DNA of 63,987 nucleotides, the filler included, from Polymyxa betae A26-41 (taxonomy: Eukaryota; Protista; Endomyxa: Phytomyxea): assembly GCA_003693705.1 (NCBI GenBank). It is 5 parts of 5 records of this genome, joined end to end, with 100 filler letters (N's around TTAATTAATTAA, not from the genome) between each part and the next. Parts side by side here need not be neighbours in the genome. Positions count along the whole stretch, not along the records: positions 30,230 to 47,587 come from RBZT01000385.1; positions 47,688 to 52,066 come from RBZT01000938.1; 3 more parts are not named here. One strand, written 5' to 3'. The notes beneath the pieces were generated by a model. That model saw only the letters and a list, made by a program, of their open reading frames with translations, made no database searches and had not been told where the DNA came from. Below are positions 36,000-49,607 of the stretch, piece by piece. Each line of letters opens with the position of its first letter. Position 1 is the first letter of the stretch. A program made the translations under genes and the position numbers.

Positions 36000-38005
36000 T
36001 TCTGCAATTCCTCTCCAGTAGGATTGATGCCGCGATGTCCAGAAAGGCCGCAATGTGAAACCACCAGACAAAAATGCCAAATTTTAAATCGAAAGCATCA
36101 GGATGAATAAAATAGTACGGATTGAGTTAAATAAACCTCATTTTCAAGAGTAAATTCGGAACGAAGATGATAGTATATAGAGAAATAATTAGACTGAATG
36201 GAAGAAATTTCAGATAAGCTGGGCCAAACGAAATCAGTTTGTTGGAAAGGTTGAGCGATAGCATTCGTAACAAGACGAGAACAAAAATCAGTTAAGGAAA
36301 CACTTGAAGCAGAATGAGATCCGAAAATCCCCAACGTGAGCCAATATCGGCCCAAACATTGTCCTCGTCAGAAATAGATACATAAGATATACCGTCCAGA
36401 TTGAGACGCCAGCGATGGACTTTGTCCAAAGAATGTCGATTATGGAAAACATAGACACTTTCAGGATGATAGATAAATACTAAATTCCAATGGTCAGTGA
36501 AAATACGAAACTGGTGTTTAAATCAAAGCGACGAACAGCATATTGAATACGGTAAGCTTCTTTCTCAGGAACAGACCAGTTTGTTGAAGGACCTATGAAA
36601 GCCCCCGAACAGAAAGCAAGCGGCTGATGCGACTGTTCTTTAAATGGCAGATGTTAATCCTGAACAGGAATTGGTGTTATTACAATCCAAAAATCCTTAC
36701 AAGCATCCGTAAAGAGGCTTGGGACCAGATCATCAGTTGGATACGCCAACTAAACAGCATTTTTGATGGACTCCACAATATTCGAGAACGATTCAGCATG
36801 TTCAGGTTCCCAGCCGACCACCGACAGAAGAATCCGGGATACAAACTTCTTTGAGCGAACAGAGGCATTCTTCAAGCATTCTTCGAGTAATTGACGTAAC
36901 GGAGCAGCTTTCCGAGCAAAATCAGAAAATGGCCGACGACAACCACGTAGCAACGCAGACGAACTGCATCAGTTCTCCAGCGGTAGCAGGGACCGGGAAG
37001 TTCTGAAGAGCTTTAATACGCTTGGGATCAGGAGAGATCACCTTCGACGAATAGATACTGCCACTCCAGAGGGCTTCAGTCATGACAAAACAACATGTGG
37101 AAGCACTCAATTTTAAATGAAAATCACGACAAAGAACAAACACCTTTTTCAATAAAGAAAGCAACTTGTCAGGAGAGTCTGAAAATCCTAGCAAATCGTC
37201 AAGCCAAACTGAAAATTGGTTAGGCATCAAATCTCCAAAAATTTCATGCATTCCACGTTGAAAAGCAAAAACGCCATTGCAATTGCCTTGCCAAATTCGA
37301 GTGGGAGCATAAAAGCCAAAATGAGTTACAAAACTTAGACAATCAAGATCGCCAGTAACTGGAAATTGCCAATAACACATAAAGCAATCAAGAGTAAAAT
37401 AACAGAAGAGTTTTTTTATGACAGCCAAATGTGCGTAAATGTGGCATAGGGAAGTAATATTATACCATAGTCTTTTTTGCAGGGATCATATCGATCACCA
37501 TCCGAGGCTTTTTGAACGGGTCGACAACAAATGCGGGAAGAGCCCAAGAAGGATTACGATTAAAGAAGATTAAACCTCACTTTCCAAGTTCAGACACCCA
37601 GCCGCTCATATAGGTCCTAGCAATAGAAGACATAAAACGAGAATAGGCAAAAAACAGGATTAGCACCAGGTAATGGTTTTGAATCAAAGGAGTAACTTTG
37701 ACAGGAGGATCAGAACATAGAGAAATACGAAATATATCAATAAAATTCCAGCAATAATTTGAGCGAAGATCAGAAATAAATGATTCAGGAGCGTTGCAGC
37801 GAATGCATTCTTGAGCTCGTTCTTCCAAAGCGGTACATATATCGTCTAAGGCATTAGAGCTTAGAGAAGGAGCATTTTCAGAAACATGATCCACAAAGTT
37901 TTCAGCATTAGAAATAACATTAAAATCAGAAACTTTGCCAGCTAAAAGGCAAATTTGGGATTCAACATCAATGCCTAGACGATGCAAGATTTTGAAAAAG
38001 GCTTT
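36000..38005 (-). pseudogene. Degenerate gypsy pol (RT, RNase H, start of IN)
   Basis: LDCFMCYWQFP, VWLDDLLG, PDPKRIKAL, FTDHWNL, FVWPSLSEI. Confidence 0.85.
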
Positions 38006-38048
38006 AGAATGGTGGTAAACCTTCGAGCTGTCAATGCTCAATATGAAT

Positions 38049-41000
38049 TGTTGCGACACGTGTGTCGAGTCACGACTCTGATCCTGACATGACGATGTTG
38101 CCAAGACCCATTGGAGGCGAGATTAGTTAATTGGTCTCGAAAGCCAGAAGTTCTTATTGTTTTGACCAAACAATAAAGGATTAGCTACCCTACTACTGTT
38201 TGAGCTACGAATACTTTCGTAACATTACAATAAGACCTATGGCAACTGCGAGAACACAGGGCCAACAAAGACGGTCCCAACTGAATGATGCGATTGCTGC
38301 GGGTGACGTGCAACTCCGGGTGAGGAGACCCCGTGGCGGCGTTGCCCTGGCAAGATCATTAGACGTCGGCATCGTTGCGGACGCGGCGGAAGTGGTCCGA
38401 GGGGGCGTTGGCCCGGCCACTAATGGGAATGAGATCGGCGACGGCGCCGATGCAGATGTCCGCGGCGACGATGGCCCGGAGATCCATCACAATATAAATG
38501 ACGGTGACGCCCAGAATCACGGTCAAAGCGAGATCAGCCCGCACGGCAACGGACCTTCCAATTTTCCGGTCGTCAACGTGTCCCCGGAAGAGTTAACGTT
38601 TCACTCAAGACCTACACAACAACGTTTCGAGAGCGAGCTCGCGCAGCTGCGACGCGTGCTAGAGCAGCAGTCTCGCACTATTCAGGAGCTGACGGATCAA
38701 CTCTATATGAGAGACCGAGCCACAGCAACCCGGACTCAGGATACCGCAGAGCCGACCGAGACCCCATCATCGACAGTGACTTCCAACAGTCGTTCCAAGC
38801 CCCACTTTGTAGAGTTGCCGTACAAGTTCTCGGGGAAACAAGATGAGGCAGATGTTGACATTATGGACGCTGGGTCATGGTTAGACATGTTCGAACAGAT
38901 GTGGGGCCTGACGGATCCCAACGAGCCCACTATGACGGATGTTCAGAAACTCCGTGACCTCCTAAGGAACCTCAAGGGACCTGCACTGGCGAAGGCCCTG
39001 GCCGAGGGACCGACTGCATCGTTCAGACAGGTCATGACCTGCTGCGGGAGATGTACTCTTGGCACGACAAGGCAGGATCCTCCCTCAATTATTTCAACTC
39101 TTTGAGGCAAGATGTCGGACAATCTGTGGAGGACTTTCACATCAAGTTTTCTTTGGCTTATGCTAAAGTCCAAAGGCTGTCCAAAGGAGATTTCGTTATG
39201 TCGCCGGCTCTTCTAGCGACGCGATTCCGCGATTCACTTATACCTCATTTGGTTTCTGCTCTGGGTCTGTTCGAAGACATTCAAGATTACGAAGCAATGG
39301 TGTCGAAAGCGCTTTCTATTGAACGTGCACACGAGCGTGAAAAGGCCCGACGCCCTGATGCACTCGCCGCTGCGGCTTCTGTCGTCGAACGCCGCGGAAA
39401 CCGTAACCAACAAGGACGAGTCCGTGTGACGTGCTGGAATTGCTCTCAGCGCGGTCTTTTTGCTAGACAATGCCCGGAGCCTGACATTCGTGTTATTAGG
39501 GACGTTCAGGCCGAGACACAACTGAGATTGAATTGTTCCGGAGTTTTGACAAGCGTTAGTTGACTCTGGCTCTTCTGCGGAGTTTACTGAACGATGTTCG
39601 TTAAATCCGAGAACCACGATCGACTCCGAGGCTGCGGTGCCTGTTCTCGGGTTCTCCGGAGATGTGATGGAAAGTTTGGGGACGGCTGCAGTGACGGTCG
39701 GTTTATCTAGTCAGGACGGTTCTGTGCTTATCGACCATTTTGATTGTCATGTACTCGAGCGTGGTCCTCACGCTCTGGTACTTGGCATCCCATTCCTACG
39801 AAGACATCGACTGATGATAGACGTGTCCCGAGAGATACTGATTAGTCCGAGCGGGTCTACTTACAAAATGAGGCTGGCGTCTTCCTCAACAACCAGTGCT
39901 CACCTCAGCGGAGCGGTCAACGCAATGAGCCAACGCGACGCAGAACCTCCGAGGGTGTGGAAACCAAGCCACGACGAGACCATTTACGGCACCCCTGAGA
40001 AGCAGGCTGCGATTAGGTATTTCTTCGATGCAGAGTTTCGTGATATTTTTGACTTCGAAAACAACCACGTCGGGGCCATTACTGACCATACAGGGATTTG
40101 GCACTATATCGATACAGGCGACGTTAGACCGGTAGCAAAATCGCACTATCGGATGTCACCGGAGGAGCGCCGCTTGACCGACGAGTGGCTTGAAGAAACT
40201 GGCGTCCGGCGCGATTTCTCGCGCCCCTGCCGGAACATCTTGGGCCGCTCCGTGCATATGGGTCCCGAAGCCCGGTGGTGGCAAACGTTTCTGCCACGAT
40301 TATCGGGGTCTGAACGCGGCGACACAACGTGACCAGACTAGTTCGCCTGAGATTGCCGACATACTCGACAAGATGGGCGGCTGTGATCGGTTCATCAAAA
40401 TAAACTGGGCGGCGTCGTTTAACAAAATTCGGATATGGCCCCCTCATCGGGCCAAGACCGGGTTTATCACTCACGCCGGACTTTTTGTCTCTAATGTTTT
40501 GGGATTCAGACCAACCAATGGGCCGAGACACTCTCCGGTCGACCGATAGTCAGAACGTCGACGACAATATCTGCCATACCAGAGGAGGTTTCGCGCAGCA
40601 CCTGCAGGCTCAGAAATCCGGATTCAGAAAAGCCAGTCTTGGCGGGGTTAAGTTGAAGGCGAAGAAGTGTTCCTTTAACACGCCAGAAATCACTGTCTTC
40701 GGTTTTGTGGTTAACGAAGAAGGTTCGAGCCCGGATCTGGACAAGATAGCGGCCCAGGACCAATTCCCGACTCCAGCTTCTGTTCAGGACATCCGATCAT
40801 TCGTCGGGCTTGCCGGATTTTATCGGCGTTATGTTAAGGACTTCTCCCGGATCGTGGTACCGCTGAACAAGTTACTGCGAAAGGACGAGCGATTCGTCTG
40901 GGAAACTCCGCAACAGGACGCCTTCACGGAATTGATGCATATTTTGATGTCTTCTCCTGTTCTGAAGCATCCGGACTTCGACCGACGATTTGTCAGATGC

Positions 41001-43196
41001 AAGCCTGGACGGCCTGGGTGCGGTACTACAACAAAAACGAAGAAGGACATCTGCTACCTGTTGCTTATGCCAGCCGTAGCTTGAAGCCGGCGGAGAAAAA
41101 CTACTCTGTTCCGGAACTGGAAGCGTTAACCATAGTCTTTGCACTGGGCAAATGGCGCCATTATGTACACGGGACTGCATTCGATGCCGAAACGGATCAG
41201 CAATCTTCAACATGGTTGAAAAACTGCGATTGCCCCGTCCCGTCTCGTGCGTTGGGCTATACATCTATCGGGAATACGACATGAACATTATCTTCCGAAA
41301 AGTGAGCTCGGATGTTGTTGCAGACGCGTTATCACGGTCTTTTGCTGTCATGACCAGATCGCGCACAGCTCGTCAACAAGATGAGCACGATCTCGGAGGG
41401 GTGGGGGATGGTTCGCACCGAAGACGGACCTCTCAAAGGGACTCTGTTGAATGCCCAAATGGAACAAAATGATGAACTGACGAAGATAGTTCACAGATGT
41501 CCCGATAAAACGACGACTGTCGACGGACTTACTGCGTTCCAGGGAACGTCGGGAAGAACAGGATCTACGTTCCAAGTTCGGTCAGAACCGTAATCCTGGA
41601 ACGAACGCACTCCTCTATGCGGACACCCTGGGACCCGCCGCACGGTTGATATCATCAGACGGCAGTTTTGGTGGCCAACATTGACAAAAGATGTTGCATC
41701 ATGGGTGCGGTCCTGCATTCAGTGCAGTCTCGCAAAGACGCCAGTCCACACTGGTTCAGGATTGCGCAGGCGAACACGGCGGAGCTTCCATCCTTTTGAC
41801 GTTGTCGCCATGGATTCGTTGGACCTCTGCCAGAAACTCCGTCCGTAAACCAATACATGTTGACTTCGATTGACTCCTTCACGAACAGGGCCGCTGCTGA
41901 ACCTATACCAGACATCACAACGGCCACCTTGGTGGAGACTTTGTACAAGAGTTTGTTCTGTCAGCACGGCGTTCCAAATCAAATTTTAACGGATCGTGGT
42001 TCACCATTCACTAGCGCATTGAACAAGGGCCTGACGAATTTGCTCGGAGTCCGACACCTAAGGACAACGGCGTATTCCCCAAACGCTAATGGCGTTTGCG
42101 AACGATTTCACCGTTATCTTGCGAGCAACTACGAACTTTGAGCGATGCTGAGTTAAAAGAGTGGGACAAGGCCGTGCACGCGATCGCCTTTACCTTCCGC
42201 AACGGGTTTTCGGAGTCTACTGGGAACTCCGCGTACTTCCTTCTACACGGTCGTGATCCGAATCTGCCTGATCATCTGTTAACTACCGTGGACGAAGAGA
42301 CGGCGGAGAATATGAAGACGCGTATACCGTGTTTGGAGAGACTTCGGCGAACCCATGCCCTGGATGAGTCTCACAGCGAATCAGCGATTGAGAAGCGAAA
42401 CCGAGATTTCAATGATGGACGTCAGGAGACGAACTTTCCGATCGGGTCTTTTGCTCTCCCTGCACTCCCCGAACCAGCCTAAAGGAAGATCAAAGAAGCT
42501 GCACAAGAAATGGCGCGGCCCATTCAGGATCGTACAAAAGATTCATCCTGATGTATACCGGTTAGAGGCACGATTCCACTCAGTTTCAGATAAAATCGTG
42601 GTCGCACATGCACGGCGAATCTACCCTCTGAAGGACGTGGCGATGCAGAATCCGAGATTGGTCACAGAGCGAGCCGAGCTGCTCGGAACGCCCCAAAAGC
42701 CTCAGAGTCGAACAAAATGTCCTGGACGAACCTAAGATCGGCGACCCGAACGTGCTCGAGGACGAGAAAGTGTGAAAGCAGCGGAGTCGTGCCGTGCTAA
42801 CCGAGTATCTGGTGCGTTGGTCTGGAAAGGATTCATCTTACGACTCTTGGGAGCCAGAAGTGAACCTCAACGCGGCGGCCAAGGCTTCATGTCCCCAGTC
42901 CGCAGGGCGTTCGAAAAGATTTGCATATTGGTTGATCGGGTTGAACGATTCGGTCGAGGAAAGTGCGTGGTCCGAAGACGAGGTGCAATCGGCCCCGCAC
43001 TCGGGGGGGGGATATGTTGCGACACATGTGTCATCTGTGAGTCACGACTCTGATCCTGACATGACGATGCTGCCAAGACTCATTGGAGGCGAAATTAGTT
43101 AATTGGTCTCGAAAGCCAGAAGTTCTTATTGTTTTGACCAAACAATAAAGGATTAGTTACCCTACTACTGTTTGAGCTACGAATACTTTCGTAACA
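38049..43196 (+). mobile_element. Full-length chromodomain Ty3/gypsy element B (frameshifted)
   Basis: LTRs 38049-38224 and 43015-43196, 4-bp TSD GAAT, G-run PPT; gag CWNC..C, LVDSGS, RFCHDYRGLN, FVGLAGFYRRYV, TDRGSPF, EYLVRWSG..DSWEP. Confidence 0.95.
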
Positions 43197-43510
43197 GAAT
43201 CTACTGCAGGGCCAATGCCTTTTCTTGAGTCTTTAGTTCAATATTTATCTGGATCAAAATTCTGATTTATTCTTGATGCTTTAATTAAATGTTTTTGGAT
43301 TATGCCTTTAGATGAGAAGTGTCGAGATATATTTTCATTCATGACTGATCGAGCTGTATTTACCCCTACAAGGTTTATCCAAGGAGCCTTAAATTGGGCT
43401 ACCCAAATTCAAGCTCGAATGGCTGAGATATTGACAGATATGCTAATAAATCTCTAATCATTTGGACTGATGGTCTGTTGGGCTATACTGAAACTGAACA
43501 AGTATGGTTT
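43197..43510 (+). pseudogene. Gypsy RT fragment hosting element B (left part at about 38008-38048)
   Basis: VNLRAVNAQY joins ESTAGPMPFLE..FSFMTDRAVFTPTRFIQG..IIWTDGLLGY across element B. Confidence 0.8.
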
Positions 43511-43629
43511 AGTAGAGAAATCCGCAAATATAAACCTACTTTTCAAGTCTAGTTTCAGGTACAGTATCACAAAGTGGGTGTGACTGTGCTCTTCCGTATA
43601 TTATTGGAAAGTGGATTTGAGTAAACCCT

Positions 43630-44845
43630 GTTTTTGTATTTTGTCTTCTTCCGAGAGGGAAAGCTCTGGATCTGAATGCGAATTCGATTCAGATGAAGAG
43701 CTCTGGGATGGTTTCAGCTTCATGTACCATCGGCTGTAATGGCCCTGGACGCTATAGAAGCCGAGACAAACGAACCTGACTCTCAACAACTTGTGACTCC
43801 AACAGAGGGCGTTCGTGCTATTTATGGTAGTTTATGTACAACACCGTTGATTTTCAAAAACCTGGCCCACTTTATGGTTGACGAATTCGTAGAACTATCA
43901 GCCCTCGTATGCCCAGTAATCGCGCTAGCTGCTTGATCTTCTGGGAAAACATAAAGGGAGCCGGCCGTCCTTCGAAACTAAATCCTGCTCAGCGATTGAT
44001 GGACTTTTTGTAATTTTTGAAGCATGATAATACATGCAATCATGATGCGTTCCAGTGGAATTGGGCACGCAGCTCTGTCTGTGATGATGTTTTTTATCGC
44101 TAAGTGCACTGCGCAGGCGTTTGCGGAAGAAATTCGCTGGCCGAATTCTGCTGAACGAAATGCTTTAGGTCGAATTATCCCGCAATTGCCTGGATGTATC
44201 GGGTTTATAGATGGCACGCGTGCGCTGTGCCGAATTCGTCGTCCTTACAAAGATCCTGATGAGCGTCGCTGGTTCAACCGTAGAAAACAGATGTATTGCT
44301 TTAACAATACTGTCGTTGCAGACCATCAAGGATTGTTTAGGTAATTATGTTGATCCTGGATATCCAGGAAGTTTCCACGATGTCAGTATCCTTCGCGAAT
44401 CCGAACCCGATCAAAACTGGAGAGGGTACTTTTCCCATAGGGAAAAGTACCATGAGTTCCTGCTCGGAGATCCAGGTTATTTGGGTAATTCAGATTTGTG
44501 ATCGTGTCGTCAACTGTTGATAATCAATCGTTATTGTAGGCCAGGATATGTATATCATGCGACGCAACGATAATTGGGAAATCGATAAAAATAATGTTCC
44601 TGGCGCTATACATGCATTCAACATAAAGCATGCCAGAATTCGAATCGTCGTGGAATGGGAGTATCGGCGGCTTGAAAAGGAAATGGAAGCGTCTGATGAA
44701 GGGTTTCGATTTCACGAAGCAAATGTTCCCTGACATATTCATATCAGCAGCGATTTTAACGAATTTTTTGCATAGACGGCGAGAATTCCAAGTAGAGATA
44801 GAGCGAAACGGAAATCCTGGTGTTGGATGGGGATTTGATTATTAA
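43630..44845 (+). pseudogene. HARBI1-like Harbinger transposase pseudogene with intron near 44485-44540
   Basis: PGCIGFIDGT, DPGYPGSFHDVSIL, LLGDPGYLG, GGLKRKWKRLMK. Confidence 0.85.
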
Positions 44846-45363
44846 TCGGCAATAAAGGCAATTTATTTACAAGCTCTAAGAGCAAGGGCACTTTGCGCAA
44901 TTACCATTATCATTATCAGTAAGGTAATGATAAATTAAATGATTTCGTCTTCCACCGGGAACCATCAAACAATATCCCAAGCATTAAAATTTAATGAATC
45001 CTTAAATTGCGTATTAAATTTGATAGTTGGTTTGATTTGTAGCATTATACAATGCAGCAGACCGATGTCGTCGATGCCGCTGCTCGTAGAAAGGGCAAGC
45101 AACCTGGTGTCAAGAATCTCTCGTCAACAGGTGATTTGGCTGTCACAAAAGCATATCAAAAAGCAACTTCTGACCCTGCGATTGGTATAGATCAGGATAC
45201 CGACGAATACTATGGCAAGATGAAGCAAGAATTTGACCGAATTATTGGGGATGCAAAATTTCAGGACCAAACAGATGCCGCCATAAAACACGAGATGGAT
45301 AAATGCTATTCAGAAAGCCTTGCTGAAGTTCAGTGCATACATTGTAGCGGTTTCTCGAGCTAC

Positions 45364-45623
45364 TGATTTCACACACACACGTAATGATGTAAATACAATT
45401 CTGATTTTATCAATTCAATCTCTAACTTCCAGACGGTCCTTCACGGAGTCCGTAACTCCGTAGCTGCATATTAGGGCAGCCTTCTTCATAGTTTCGTCGT
45501 CTTCGCAGTTTCTGACTAATCAGATTTATGCGAGGAATACTGCGCTGTGTCTTCACATTCTGCGTAATCATCTGAAATATTATTGCGTACGGGGTTGTTT
45601 ATTTCTATCATAAATCTGATACA
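45364..45623 (-). mobile_element. 3' LTR with PPT of an LTR element
   Basis: Minus strand GAGGAGGGGAA-TGTATCAGA...GAAATCA. Confidence 0.65.
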
Positions 45624-45712
45624 TTCCCCTCCTCAAAATTTCTTCAATTTCTTGTTTTCCTCTAGCTAGCTCCTCTATCGACAAAATTATCGATTGCTCT
45701 TGGAAGTGGTGC

Positions 45713-47587
45713 TGATAGTGAACGCTCTAATAAACGAGAAGTATGACAATGTATGAGAAATCAAGTGTGTCCATTTATTTCCATATATTCACGACGGAAG
45801 GTCCGATCGAAACCGGAAAGGGCAGTCTTGACCGGAAAGGGAAGTCTTGACTCGTCGGACTGCGGAATCGATCCTGAGTCACCTTCCGATCAAACCCTAA
45901 AACCCTAATTTGCATTTTAACACGCCCCTTCAGTTGAGAGTTCGTAGAATCTCTTAACTGGAGTTGAGAAGCGAATGGAAATCTTGTAAAGGTTAGTCAT
46001 GAATTTGAGGATGTTAATGGTGCAGCGCGCTGCGCAGGAATTGGGGAAAATTTAGAAAATCCATTTACGGAGACGCACGCAGTTTTGGGAAAACTGCGTG
46101 GTACTGTGGGACTCTGTAAAGTTACTGAACAAATACCCACTAAAAACTAAAACCAATTGCTGCGAGCTTTTCAGTTGGAGGATATACGGACTTCCTTTAT
46201 ATTTAGTAAAGTCCACAACTCCTGGAAATGCGGCACTGGGAGGGCTTTGGTGAATATGTCAGCGATATTTCTCCTGATTCGACTCTCTTTAATGAGAGAA
46301 CACCGTGAGCGATTTCCTCTTTGAGAAAGTGATATTTTAGGTCAATATGCTTCATTGAAGACTGGTTCAGGCTGCGATGGCAATAAGATATGCAAACCTG
46401 ATTGTCTTCAAATATGACCAGTGGTGACTGCATTGGAAAACATATTTCGTGAAGTAGGTTTCGGAGCCATTTTCCGAGTTTTGCGGATTTTGCAGGCGGC
46501 ATACCATTCTGCTTCTGTAGAAGATAATGGTGTATTAGTAAACTTTTTACAATTATAGTCTACTGTGCCTCCATGTAACATAAAGACATAACCGCCGACT
46601 GATTTTCTCCTATCGGGGTCAGTTGCCTAATCAGAATCAGAGAACATTGCTGATGTTGGGCAGTTTCGTGGGAGATTCGTTGAAATAGGCTTTTAGCAGT
46701 TCGGAATTGCCGTCGAACTGCAGACCATATTCTTTCGTCCCTTTCAAATAGGCAAATATTCTTTTTATTGCGTACCAGTGTTGAATTCCTGGGTTTTCGC
46801 AAAATTGCGCGACTTGTTGAACTGCGTGCGCAATATCTGGCCTTGTTTTAGATGCTAAGTATATTAGCGATCCGACAGCGGCGCGGTATGGCTTCTTCGC
46901 CATCAGTTTGATTTCAGTATCTGACTTCGGACTTTGTCCTGAGTGCAGACGTGTGCTGGCTATTTCCGGCATGCGAACTGGATTGCAGTCATGCATTGCG
47001 AAATCTGACAGTATGTCTTCAGTATATTGGGTTTGTTTTAGCCAGATTTTCCTATTGGGGCGGTCCCGTATTACCTCAATGTTTAAAAAGGACTTGAGGG
47101 GCCCTAGGATTTTGACTTTAAACCGCTCTTGAATACGCTGTTTTAATTCGCTGTTTTTGAGTCACTGGCGACTATCAAATCATCTACATATAGTAGTACA
47201 ATGAAAGTTTTGCCGTTGGACAAGTTCAACCGGTACACGCATTCGTCAGAAATGCAAACGAATTAGGCCACATTCTAATAAAAAATTGTGGAAAGTTGAA
47301 TTCCAAATTCGACCAGCTTGCTTTAATCCGTAGATGAATTTATTTAATTTGCAAACTTTTTGAGTGTTGCCTTTGGCTTTACAGCCTGGGGGCCGTTTCA
47401 TGAATATTTCGGTATCGATTGTACCGTACAGGTATGCTGTTGTAATGTCAACATGCTCGAGATCAAGGTCCAGATGCGCAGCCATTGCGATTAGAACGTG
47501 AAAAGCGTAAAGTGAGCGACTGGCGCATATGTCTCGTCGGAATTTATTCCATGTTGCTGTGAGCCTCCTCGCGCAACTAAGCGCGCT
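45713..47587 (-). mobile_element. Ty1/copia 3' part (RT, RNase H, PPT, 3' LTR 45713-45922)
   Basis: DITTAYLYG, YGLKQAGRIW, YVDDL, TRPDIA, FEDNQ..KHIDLKYHF; PPT CTGAAGGGGCG-TGTTAA. Confidence 0.92.
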
Positions 47588-47687
47588 NNNNNNNNNNNNN
47601 NNNNNNNNNNNNNNNNNNNNNNNNNNNNNNNTTAATTAATTAANNNNNNNNNNNNNNNNNNNNNNNNNNNNNNNNNNNNNNNNNNNN

Positions 47688-49460
47688 GTGCAGCAAATAG
47701 GTGAATTTAATCTTACTCTTTCGTTCACAGAACGTGATAAAATACCGCTCTCCTTTTATAGATCGTATAGGTAGGGGTCCGCATTCGTCAATATCAGTTC
47801 TCTCTAACAGTCCCATTGTTTCGGTTTACTATGCTTTGGGAATGGCAATCTCTTAGCCTTCCCGATGACACATGCTTCGCAGAAAGGTCAACTGTTCGAC
47901 AAATGCTCAACCAGTTTTTCAGTTGCCAACCTTCTATGCGATATTGTCTGGATGTCGTGGAAGTTTCGATGTCCAAGCCGCATATGCCAGAGCTGAAGGG
48001 TATCGTTGTTTGTGTCAGAATCGGACTTGGCTGAAGTATCTTCATTGAAAATTTGACATTACTAGGATCTCCGTCTTGGCTTCTAGATTTGGATGACATG
48101 AAGATTCAGATTTTGGTAAACTGATAGTCATATTATCTCAATTGAAACTTGGTCTGTGCTATCTTAACCATGGAATTCCAAGAATTACAGGAAAACATGG
48201 GGAGTTAATGATATTGAATGATGTAACTTAAGTCTGATCAGCAACAACAACAACAGTCAAAGGCGATGATTCTTGCAAGATTGTTAATTTCGTCCCATCT
48301 ATTGTTTCAGCTTTCAGCGCAGATAGCTTGTCAAGAATCGGAATGTTGAGAGCTAACATAGTTTTGCGGTCAGCACAGTTTGTAAACGATTTTGTATCAA
48401 CTAAAGCTCTTTATAACGGGACTGCAGTTAGTTTTAAATTTGACCCTGGTGGTAAAATAATTAGGAGTTGAGTCGGAATAATGAAATGTAAAATATCCTT
48501 TATAAGGAGCAGGCGTGGAGGCAGACAATTTCATCCCCGCCGAGGGCCTGGGAGTTCTTTTAGCGAGTTTCTGGCATTTAACTGCGATGTGTCCATCTTC
48601 ACCACAGTGAAGACATAAGCCGTTATCTATACGATGTTGACGTTCATCAGACGATAATGGCGTTCTGGGCTGTGATTGCGTGGAGAATGCTGCATCTAAT
48701 ACCATTGGATCAGACGATGGCTTAGATGTCGCCGGACTTCCGGTATTTGTAAATAAGGCGGTTCGATCGCCAAAAGAACGAAGTTCAAAATACGGTTGTC
48801 GCATTCAATAGCATCATTAATAGCAGATTCTAAAGTAGCCGGTTTCGACTTCGATAATAATAATCGTTTTACCTCGTTGTTCAGCCCACGATGAAACCAA
48901 TACATTTTGGCTGCGTCATTCCAATCTAAATCTGCAGCAATGAGACGAAATTCAGAAGCATAGGCACTGGCTGGTCGGCGGCCTTGCTGAAGGGTTTCTA
49001 TTCTTCGAGACGCCGTATTAATGCGATCCGGGTCGCCAAAGGCTTCCTCTAACAATTGTACAACAACGTTTGCATCGTTAAGTCGAATATCATTAGATTC
49101 CAGTAGAGGAGAGTACCAATGAAGAGCTGCCCCTTTCAATAAAGTTCCCAAGAGGGCTACTTTTACAGAATCTGCTGCATAACGTTGCGGCTGAAACTTC
49201 CAAATACGTTTAAGCTGATTCAGAATCCCTCGCGGTTTGCGACGATCTCCATCGAATGGGTCTGGAAGACGAACATTTGGTTCTAAGGATTGAGCTGCAG
49301 GTTGGTTAACAGTCGTTTGCTGCTGATGGTGCAGCAATTGACGTTGGAGCTGCTCGATCTGCGCACGCATGGCTTCAACCTGCGGTTAGAAATTATTTTG
49401 GAGTTCCTGAATATCTGAAAGGGACAGTGTTCGAGGTGGCATTTCTGGGCCCATAACCAA
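47688..49460 (-). mobile_element. Apparent hybrid LTR element: copia PBS, gypsy/sushi-type Gag and protease, copia GAG-pre-integrase and integrase start
   Basis: GGTTATGGGCCCAG then ATG; PDPFDGDR..KGAALHW..QGRRPASAYASEF..FHRGL..CLHCGEDGHIAVKC; ALVDT..PVILGIPWL; LWHMRLGH..FCEACVIGK..PFP; DECGP..GERYFITF. Confidence 0.75.
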
Positions 49461-49607
49461 TTAAAAGCTGAAGTTGAGCAGAACTTGTACAAAACGTTGA
49501 CTGAAACTAAATTGAGATGCTTGAGATAAACTAGAGACGTTCTAAGTTAGAACCAGAAACGAAAGTGTCTTTTATCGTCATCACAAACAGAATCATGATT
49601 GATAAAC

